Virus record (IMG/VR): IMGVR_UViG_3300005518_000005 | Length of the DNA stretch: 53,650 nt | Direction: 5' to 3' (one strand) | Source of the DNA: a virus | Part shown: piece after piece, positions 8,664 through 16,900 of the stretch | Numbering within the stretch: the first letter of the stretch is position 1 | How the letters are laid out: the number at the start of each line of letters is the position of its first letter | The notes under the pieces: model-generated | What the model saw: the letters and a program-made list of their open reading frames with translations, nothing else | The model's database searches: none | Told to the model about the DNA's origin: nothing | Made by a program: the position numbers and the translations under genes

Positions 8664-9636
8664 TACCATTACGTGGGCCAGCAGCGGCAACGGGACAAAG
8701 ACGGGCACCGCCGCGGCCAATTTTTTCGACGATCTCGATACGCTGATCACCTCGAAGGCTGGCGATTCGACTTTCAAGTGGCAGAAGGCCGGCAAGAACT
8801 CTGCGGCCACGCCCTTCTGGCTCCTGCTGAGTCGCAAGGATGCCAGCGTAGGTCGTCTCCTGATTGTTTGCTGGACGAGCGCACCGGCCGGCAACAACGC
8901 TGCGATCTTGGACGCTGCTCCGACAACGAACCAGATCCTGATTGCTTGGTTTCCGCAAGGGAATGCGAACACCGCGAGCAATCTGACGGCATCGAGCGGC
9001 ACGATTGCCGGCGATGACACCAACGCCGTCAAATGTGCGCCATTCGCATCGGTCGCGACGGGCTATGCTGCGAACTTAGTACCCTTCTACTTCGACAGCA
9101 CCGAAGGCATGGTGTTCGGCACTGGAAACCCCGCGGCTGCATCTTCTTCCTACATGATGGGCGCCGGGGCCCTTCTCGTTGATGCGAGCGACAACGCCTA
9201 CGATTGCACTTTTGGTCTCGCATCCAGCGCGAGCACCAATCTCGGCTCCGCTGCTTCTTCTCCAATGCCGTGGTCAGCAACGACGCCAAACGCGGGGTCG
9301 GCGACTGCGGTAGTTCGCACGAATTACGGCGCAACGAATCGGGCCTACTTCATGTCTTGGTTGCCTTCGGGGGTCTGGGCAAACCAAGCCATCGGCTCCG
9401 CCGACATCCTCACGGATACCTCGGTAAGCCGCGCGTGGTTCGTGCCCGTGCAATTGCTCGGGCAAGTGAAGGGTGAGGGCTTCGTACTGAAGTGGCGTCA
9501 GATCGGCTTCGGGCCCGGCACCACAGGGCCTTACTCGGTCTACAACACGACGGGACCTGTTGTCGCGGCTCGGCAATTCTGCAATGCGACCGCGGGGACC
9601 ACGGGGGCCCCCTGGATGGTGAATTTCAAGATCTGA
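8656..9636 (+). CDS. Putative distal tail fibre / receptor-binding protein
   Basis: 326 aa, Ser/Thr/Ala/Gly-rich, in a lower-GC segment. It sits directly after the fibre N-terminal motifs. Confidence 0.7.
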   Translation: MSSTITWASSGNGTKTGTAAANFFDDLDTLITSKAGDSTFKWQKAGKNSAATPFWLLLSRKDASVGRLLIVCWTSAPAGNNAAILDAAPTTNQILIAWFPQGNANTASNLTASSGTIAGDDTNAVKCAPFASVATGYAANLVPFYFDSTEGMVFGTGNPAAASSSYMMGAGALLVDASDNAYDCTFGLASSASTNLGSAASSPMPWSATTPNAGSATAVVRTNYGATNRAYFMSWLPSGVWANQAIGSADILTDTSVSRAWFVPVQLLGQVKGEGFVLKWRQIGFGPGTTGPYSVYNTTGPVVAARQFCNATAGTTGAPWMVNFKI

Positions 9637-9638
9637 CT

Positions 9639-10043
9639 ATGATCTCCGGCACGCCGTTCCAGCTTGCGGACATCGAGGCCGAGTGGCCTCGAATCCGTCC
9701 GCTGGTCAGCGGCGTCGACCCCGGTGATAATGAGGGCGAGGTACTGCGCCGGGAATGCCGAGAAGGCCGGGCGTTGTGCCTGATCTCCGGTGACGGGGTG
9801 CTGGTCGTGAACCTGCAGCCCGACAACTACGGACGCGGCGAGCTCGAACTCTTCGTGTGGCTGGCAGCCTCGTGGAGCGCGCAGGGAGCCATCCAGCGAA
9901 ACGAGGCGCACATTGATGCCATCGCGAAAGAGCTGGGAGCCGTCCGCATCGTCTTCCAGAGTGTTCGCCCCGGCATGCGCAAGGCGCTCGGTCCGCAGTG
10001 GACCGTGCGGCACACCACGTACGAGCGAGCGGTGAATGGGTAG
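9639..10043 (+). CDS. Hypothetical protein (134 aa)
   Basis: ATG 9639 lies 2 nt after the upstream stop. The protein-like part of track ORF 9492..10043 starts here (MISGTPFQLADIEAEW..). Confidence 0.7.
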   Translation: MISGTPFQLADIEAEWPRIRPLVSGVDPGDNEGEVLRRECREGRALCLISGDGVLVVNLQPDNYGRGELELFVWLAASWSAQGAIQRNEAHIDAIAKELGAVRIVFQSVRPGMRKALGPQWTVRHTTYERAVNG

Positions 10044-10716
10044 CAAGAACTCAGGCAAGGTGCAAGAGACCGCGGCGCAGCGGGCGCAGGCCGAGCACGC
10101 CATGAATCAGTTGCAGGACTACCGTCAGCGTTGGCTACCGGTACAACAGCACCTCGCCTCGACGATCCTCGAGCAGGGCGCTGAGGGCTCGGAAGCGCGC
10201 ACGATGGCGGCCGGTAAAGCGTCGACCGACACCGCCATGAGTTTCGACAAAGCGAACTCGGCGCTTGAGAAAAGCCTGACGAACAGCGGGGCCGCACCGG
10301 GCAGCGCCCGGGCAAACCTCGCAACGACGGGGCTAGGCACTGACGAGGCGTCGGCCGGTGGTCTCGGGCATCTCATGAGCGAGCAGCAGATGACCGACGC
10401 CTACACGCAGAACCTCGGAGCGTTGATGTCGCTGGGCCGCGGCGAGCGCGCGACGGTCGGCTCATCGATGACGAACATGGCCCGGGACAGCGCCGCGCAG
10501 GCCCAGGCCGATGCGCAGGCCGCACTCATGCAGCGGGAAAGCAATGCGCAGCTCGTAGGACAGGTCGCCGGCTTTGGCGTCCAGCAAGGCTTGAGCAAGC
10601 AGGGTTCCGACAAGATTCAGTCGATGTTCTCGCAGACGAGCCTTGGCGGCTCCGGCTTCGGCACGGGGCTCGCCTACGGCAACCAAGACTTGGCCTCTGC
10701 GGCCGGGATGGTGTGA
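10036..10716 (+). CDS. Internal virion protein (putative)
   Basis: 226 aa, Ala/Gln/Gly/Ser-rich. First of a run of four such genes that precede the giant ORF. Confidence 0.7.
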   Translation: MGSKNSGKVQETAAQRAQAEHAMNQLQDYRQRWLPVQQHLASTILEQGAEGSEARTMAAGKASTDTAMSFDKANSALEKSLTNSGAAPGSARANLATTGLGTDEASAGGLGHLMSEQQMTDAYTQNLGALMSLGRGERATVGSSMTNMARDSAAQAQADAQAALMQRESNAQLVGQVAGFGVQQGLSKQGSDKIQSMFSQTSLGGSGFGTGLAYGNQDLASAAGMV

Positions 10717-10717
10717 C

Positions 10718-11149
10718 ATGCCCATCAGCCCGGTCATGAGTGGCGCCACTTCCGGCAGTCTCTACGGGATCAACCCGAACTCGGACAACTATGCAAGCGA
10801 CACGCTTGCCGCGGTGACGCGTCAGCAGTGGGCGGATTACACCGCCAACTACATACCGATCGAGAACAAGCTGATCCAGTACGCTACCGATCCGACCGTG
10901 GTCAGCAAGGCGATGGCGGACGCGAGCACGGACGTGCATCAAGCGTTCGCATCACAGTCAGGACAGACCGCGCGGCGACTCCAGGGGCTCGGCGTGCAAC
11001 TCTCACCCGAAGAGCAGGCTGCGAAAACCCGCGCCTCGGGGCTGCAGGAGGGTCTCACGGACGTGCAGGCACAGAATACGGCCCGCGACCTCACAGTGCA
11101 GCGTCAGCAGAGCATCCTGGGCTCTCCAGCGCCACAAGGGAGCATCTAA
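10718..11149 (+). CDS. Internal virion protein (putative)
   Basis: ATG 10718 lies 1 nt after the upstream TGA. 143 aa. Confidence 0.7.
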   Translation: MPISPVMSGATSGSLYGINPNSDNYASDTLAAVTRQQWADYTANYIPIENKLIQYATDPTVVSKAMADASTDVHQAFASQSGQTARRLQGLGVQLSPEEQAAKTRASGLQEGLTDVQAQNTARDLTVQRQQSILGSPAPQGSI

Positions 11150-11150
11150 C

Positions 11151-11642
11151 GTGGCAGCTTTCGGCATTGGTGCAAACCTCTCGAACTACGGCGGCCGCGG
11201 CCGCTCGGGCACGCTCTCGGCCTATGGCGAGGACGTGCAGAAAGAAGCCACCCAAGAGCTGCAGGTTGCCGCAGATCAGGAGACCCAGCGCAACGCGAAG
11301 AACACCCAGATCGAAGCGCAGAACAAGCAGGGTAATCAAGCGCTCGGCGCCGCGGTCGGCGCCGTAGGCGGATTCGCAGCCGGAGCAGCTTACGGCGCGG
11401 CTGCGGGGCCCTACGGGGCGCTGATCGGCGGCGTGGTCGGGGCAATCGCAGGAGGTTTATTTGCTGCTTTGTGGGCGGTAGCCTTGGTGGTATCCCTGTC
11501 GCTTCCCTCAACTGCGGAAGCTGCCATGATGCACTTCGGACAGCAAAAAGTACTGGGCTGCTTCGACGACATAGAGCAGGCGAAGGCTGCGAGGCTCAAA
11601 GCCGAGCAGGAGCTTTTCACCCATTCAACGCGGGTTACCTAA
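11151..11642 (+). CDS. Glycine-zipper membrane-type internal virion protein with an AP2-like relic tail
   Basis: GTG start with AAGGGAG upstream. Contains GAAVGAVGGFAAGAAYGAAAGPYGALIGGVVGAIAGGLF. The last ~38 aa (HFGQQKVLGCFDDIEQAKAARLKAEQELFTHS) resemble the AP2 end of the HNH-AP2 gene at 29397..29969. Confidence 0.7.
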   Translation: MAAFGIGANLSNYGGRGRSGTLSAYGEDVQKEATQELQVAADQETQRNAKNTQIEAQNKQGNQALGAAVGAVGGFAAGAAYGAAAGPYGALIGGVVGAIAGGLFAALWAVALVVSLSLPSTAEAAMMHFGQQKVLGCFDDIEQAKAARLKAEQELFTHSTRVT

Positions 11643-13970
11643 ATGGCGCTCGGTATCGGTGGAGCAGCGGCGGCCGGGCTGGAGTCCGGCTTCAACATGG
11701 GCCTGCGCGCCGACGAGGCGGCAGAGACCCGGCGGCGCAACGCCGCGACCGAAGCGCGGCAGTCGCGGCTCGACCAGCAGCAATCCGACCTACTTGCGCG
11801 GCAGACCTCGCAGCAGGACCAAGACCGCGCGCTCGCGGCCACGCAGCAGGAGATGAGCGACCACGCGGTCGCGGGCGCCGGGCTCGCGGCGCAGTACGGT
11901 GGCGCGGCCAACATCCCCGGCGACGTCGGCCAAGCCTACGCGGTCAAGGCCCAGGAGATCAGCACGCGCCGCGCGGCACTGCTGCGCCAGCGCTATCAGC
12001 CGATGGTCGACAGCGAGCAGCAGTGGGCCAAGGACACGGCATCGCGCATCTCGGCCGGCCAGATGAGCATGGACGACCTGAGCCCGGCCGACACGGTGCG
12101 CCTGATCCAGGCGACCTCGCGCCGGCCCGTGGCCGACTTCCTCGCGCCGCAGGACGGCAAGTCGCGCGTGCGCCAGTCGGTCGACGACGCCACGGCGGGG
12201 CTGGAGACGAAAAACCCCGGGCTGATGTTGCAGGGCGCCGGCAGCCTGATGGCACCGGAGCTGCAGACAGGCCTCGGCCACGTCACGAGCGACGGCAGCC
12301 AGATCGTCAAGAAGGATCTCTACGCGCTGCTGCCCGCGCCCGCGCAACAGGGCGGCATCCGCCCGGCGCCCGTGCAGGGCCTCGCCGCGGCGCTTGACGC
12401 GGCCACCGCGCCTTCGGTGAACGGCCGCCCGCAGCCCCAGCCGCTGCAGCCCGGCACCGACCCGGACAAGGTCATGCCGGTGCTGCAGGTGACTGCGCAG
12501 CACCCGGACGGCACCGAGGTGACCTACCACGCCCCGGTGACGCTGGGCCGTGGCACGGGTGCGGACGACAACGTCGCGCCGCCGCTGTCCATCAAGGACA
12601 TGATGAACCGCATGGGGCAACTCGGCACGCTGGAGCAGTGGGCGAACACGCCCAAGGCGCGCGCCAAGATCGAGCAAGGCCTCAAGGATCTCGGCAGCGA
12701 TGCAAACTCGTTCCTGGGCGCGTACTACGCGATGCGCGGTGACGCGAAGGCGCTGCTGCCGCCGGGCAGCACCGACCCGACATCGCAGCGGATCGCCGCG
12801 ATCAAGAAGCTTGCGGATTCCGACTTCGGCGGGGACTTCCAGGCGGCAGCGCAGGCGTTTGCTGGGAAGATCCCAGGCGGGATTCAAGCCAAGCTCGACG
12901 CGATCGACGCTGATACGGACTTGACGCCTGAGCAGAAGCTCCAGGCGAAGCGTGTGACCTACGGCATCGAGAAGGTCGCGGCGCCGAAGGCTCCGGGTAC
13001 CGTCGACATGACCCCCGAGGCGATCGAGCAAACAGCGCGCGCCGCGCTCAAGGACCGTAATGCCCTGATCGGCATCGGACGCGATCCGAACAAGGTCACC
13101 ACGGTGCTCAACAAGATGGCCGAGATTTCGCCGGGTGGCGACATCGCCGGTAGCCGCGCGCTGTTCGGCGCCGACAAGAAGTCCCTCGACAAGATGATCC
13201 CGCAGTACGACGCGGTGACCTCGTTCGAGAACAACACGCTGCAGCAAGGCAAGGTGCTGGTCGGCCTCGCGAAGAAGGTCGACACGACAGGTATCCCGGT
13301 GGCCGAGCGCTGGATTCGTGTAGGTCGACAGGCCGTGGCGGGTGACCCGGACGTGACCGAATTCAACACGCAGATCCAGCTCTTCGGCAACGAGGCGGCG
13401 AAGATCCTCACGAACCCGAACCTCACGGGCGTACTCAGCGACTCGGCTCGCCACGAGGTGGCCGGATTCCTGCCGCGCAGCGCGAGTGCGGCGCAAGTCG
13501 AGCGTGTCGTCAACCGGCTTGAGAACGACTTCGAGATCCGGCGCAAGTCGATCGAGGATCAGGTCGGCACGATCACGAAGCGCATGGCCGATCGCATGCC
13601 GGCCACGAGCAGCGCGAGCGGCCTGACCGGTGGCGGCGGCGGAAGCGAGACGAAAGTCAGCCCAGCCGATCAAGCGTCGCGCGACACGGATCGGCTCGGC
13701 ATTCTGCAGCAGGAACTCGACGGCGCGCAGCAGCGGCTCGCCAAGGGTGATGCACGGGCACAAGGCGATATCGACGCGCTCAACCGCGAGATCGCGGCGA
13801 CCCGCAAGACGACGCCGGCCGCCCGCGCTCCTTCCGCAGCGCCGGCTGCGGCGCCGGCTGCGGCGCCGGCCGGCGCCCCGAAGCGCATCGCCACGGATGC
13901 CGACTACAACGCGCTGCCGTCCGGCGCCACGTTCGTCGGCCCTGATGGCAAGACCCGGCGGAAGCCCTGA
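11643..13970 (+). CDS. Large internal virion / ejection protein (775 aa)
   Basis: ATG directly after TAA. Long high-GC3 ORF with an Ala/Pro-rich C-terminus. TGATG overlap with the giant ORF. Confidence 0.8.
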   Translation: MALGIGGAAAAGLESGFNMGLRADEAAETRRRNAATEARQSRLDQQQSDLLARQTSQQDQDRALAATQQEMSDHAVAGAGLAAQYGGAANIPGDVGQAYAVKAQEISTRRAALLRQRYQPMVDSEQQWAKDTASRISAGQMSMDDLSPADTVRLIQATSRRPVADFLAPQDGKSRVRQSVDDATAGLETKNPGLMLQGAGSLMAPELQTGLGHVTSDGSQIVKKDLYALLPAPAQQGGIRPAPVQGLAAALDAATAPSVNGRPQPQPLQPGTDPDKVMPVLQVTAQHPDGTEVTYHAPVTLGRGTGADDNVAPPLSIKDMMNRMGQLGTLEQWANTPKARAKIEQGLKDLGSDANSFLGAYYAMRGDAKALLPPGSTDPTSQRIAAIKKLADSDFGGDFQAAAQAFAGKIPGGIQAKLDAIDADTDLTPEQKLQAKRVTYGIEKVAAPKAPGTVDMTPEAIEQTARAALKDRNALIGIGRDPNKVTTVLNKMAEISPGGDIAGSRALFGADKKSLDKMIPQYDAVTSFENNTLQQGKVLVGLAKKVDTTGIPVAERWIRVGRQAVAGDPDVTEFNTQIQLFGNEAAKILTNPNLTGVLSDSARHEVAGFLPRSASAAQVERVVNRLENDFEIRRKSIEDQVGTITKRMADRMPATSSASGLTGGGGGSETKVSPADQASRDTDRLGILQQELDGAQQRLAKGDARAQGDIDALNREIAATRKTTPAARAPSAAPAAAPAAAPAGAPKRIATDADYNALPSGATFVGPDGKTRRKP

Positions 13971-16900
13971 TGGGTTGGCAGGACGCCCCCGTCGTCGAGG
14001 ACACCCCGCCGGCCGCCAAGCGCCCGGCGTGGATGGACGCGCCCGAGGTGAGCAGCGCCTCTGGCTTGAACGAGCCGCAGGACACGGGCGCCGCGGCGAT
14101 CCCGGTCAGCGCGACGCAGACCTATGGGCAGGCGCAGCGTGCGCGCGCCGCGACGGCTGCGCCCCCGCCGCCCCCGGCGACGTTCGGCGACAAGATCGTC
14201 GGCGCGATTGATGCGGGTCTCAACATCGTGCGCCAGATGTCCCCGGTCAACGTCGTCCGAGGTGTCGTGACCGGCAAGATGACGCCGTCAGAAGAGGTGG
14301 TGGCGCACACTGGCACCGCGCTCACGACCGGCGCGCTCGGCATGGCCGGTGGTTTCCTGGGCGGCGTGGCCGGCAATGTCGCGGCGCGAGCCGGCGGTGC
14401 ACCGACGCCGGCCCCGGGCGCTGACATCGGCATCGAGCAGGCTGCGACCGAGGGCGCCGAGAAGCTGACTTACGCGCCGCGCAGCCCGGAGGCCCAGCGC
14501 ACGGTCGAGCAGTACGTGACGCCGGTCATGCAGGCCGCGGCGCCGCTGATGGGCCACATGGGCGAGGTGGGCGCCATCCACACGATGACGGGCGCCGCGA
14601 AGACCAAGGCCGGTGGCACGGTGCCGATGCTGCGCGACACGGCGGCCGAGATCGTGCCCGGCGTGCGCGACACCGCCCAGGTGGCGGCCGACTTGGCGCG
14701 TGAGCGCAAGATGAACGCGCCCGAGAACCAGGGCATCGTCAACGCGATCGACGCCGGTTACAAGGTCACCCAGAAAGCGGGCCGTGGCGCGAAGCCGGCG
14801 CAGATCGTCGAGACGATGGCGGGCCGCGCCCGGACGGCGCAGGAGATGGCGGCGCACAACGCCGAGAACACCGCCAAGCTCGCGCGGCAGGACATCGGCG
14901 TGCCCGACGACACGGCGCTGACGCCTGAGGTCACGAACGAGGTCCGCGAGGAGGCCGGCAAGGCGTACAACGTGCTCGATCAAGTCGGACGCGTCGACCT
15001 CGACGACCAGTTCCGCGCCGACGTGCAACGCGTGGCCGAGCCGTTCATCAAGGGCGGCGAGGACTTCAAGACGCTTGCGGAAAATCCGATCATCCAAGAG
15101 GCGCAAAACCTTGCGGTCGATTCGGCGGATACAAAATCGATAACCGCTGTCGTCAGGAACTTGCGCAACGAGGCGAACAAAGCCTTCCGGGCCGATGACA
15201 AGCAACTCGCTACCAGCTACCGCGCGCTCGCCGAGGCAACCGACAACGCGATGAGCCGCGCGCTCGACCGCGTGGAGCAGGCCGACCCCGGCCGGCTCCC
15301 CGAGGGCGCGATGGACGCGTACCGCGCGGCGCGCGTGCGCATCGCCAAGAGCTACCTGCTCGACGACGCGATGAACGGCAAGCCGGGCGAGGTCGATGCC
15401 AAGGTCTACGGTCGCGCGCTGCGGAAGAATGTCCCGTTGAGCGGGCCGGGGCGCCAGATCGGCGAGTTCGCCAACCAGTTCGGTGAGGAGGGTCTCGCCA
15501 AGAAGAAAGGTCGCTCCGGCGAGGTCGGCCCGACGTACCACGACATCGTGCTGGCCGCGCTGCACGCGGCGCGCGGCGGGCTCGAGGCGGTGGCGACGGC
15601 CGGCGCGCGCCCGGTGGCTCGCGCGATCCTCGGCAGCGAGCTCGTGCAGCGCCGCCTGCGCGCCCGCGCTGCCGGCGAGCTGCCGGCGCGCGAGCCCGTG
15701 GCGCCGCCGGCCGTGCCACCCGAGCCGACCACGTCGCCCGGCGCCGCCCCGGAGCCGCCCGAGGGCGGCGGGGGCGGCGGCACGCCGCCGAGCCCGCTGG
15801 GCGACCTGACGCCCGACTGGGAGACGACCGGGCTGGTACGCCCGCTCGACGAGGCGCCACCCACGACCGGCAGCCGCCGCGCGCCGCTGGAGATCCCGGC
15901 CGTGCCGGGCCGGCCCGACTTGCCCGACACGATGGTGGTCGGGCGGCCGGGCGAGGTGGCGGCGAGCGAGGCGGCCAACGCGGCGATGGGCGAGCCGGGC
16001 GCCGTCGCAGCGCGCCGCGCGCAGGAGGCACCGCCGCCTAACCCGAAGCTCGCCGAGGTTGAGCGGCTGAAGGCGTCGACGCAGTCGCCCGCGGTGCGCA
16101 AGGCGCTCGACGAGCACGCCGCGGCGCTCAAGGCCGAGGACGCCCAGCGCGAGGCCGCACGGCAGCGCGTGGCCGACGCGGCCGAGCTCGACCGCACCGC
16201 GAGCAACACGCTGGACCCCGAGCTGCGCAAGCGGCTGCGCGCGCAGGCCGACAAGCTGCGCGGCGAGAAGCCCGAGGCCGGCGGCAAGGCGACCGAGGGC
16301 CAGCCCGAGATCAAGACCGAGAAGCCCGGCAAGATCCCGGTCGGCAAGGCCACCGAGCTGGCGGTCGAGCGGATCGAGCCGGAGGGCGACTTGCCGGTGG
16401 GCGAGGCGACCGAGCTGCCGGTGGAGTACGTCGAGCCCAAGGGCTGGCGCGAGTCGTTCAAGCTCGGCGAGGGCGACGCGCAGCGCGCGCACCGCGTCGC
16501 GGCGGCGCTCGCCAAGGACGCCGACGCGGTCGAGGCCGCGGCTCGCCAGCACGAGAACAGCCCGCGCGCCTTCGACCGCGCGATCGACCAGATTCTGGAG
16601 AAGACCGATGAGAATGCGAGCGGGCGCGCTGCTCAAGGCGGCGAAGGCGCTGGTGCCGGGCGGCCCGGCGCAGAAGCAGGCGCCGAACACCAGCGCGGTG
16701 CAGCAGCTCCAGCCGCTGGCGAACGCGCCGGGGCCGAACGCGCTGCAGCGCCCAGAGCCGAACGCGGTGCAACCGAGCCTGCCGGCGGACAAGCGGCAGG
16801 TGGCGCGAAAGCCGATGCTGGGGTAGACCATCGGGCGCACATGGGCGCGCAGCTTCGAGCATCCAACAAGCTCAGGGCAATGGCCGAGGAGGCGCGTGCT

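Noticed and set aside
15210-16515. Minus-strand ORFs (273 and 369 aa) rich in Arg/Pro/Ser/Ala inside the giant ORF region.
   Set aside because: They are antisense to a frame with high GC3 and a continuous ORF. Their composition is typical of GC-rich antisense translation.
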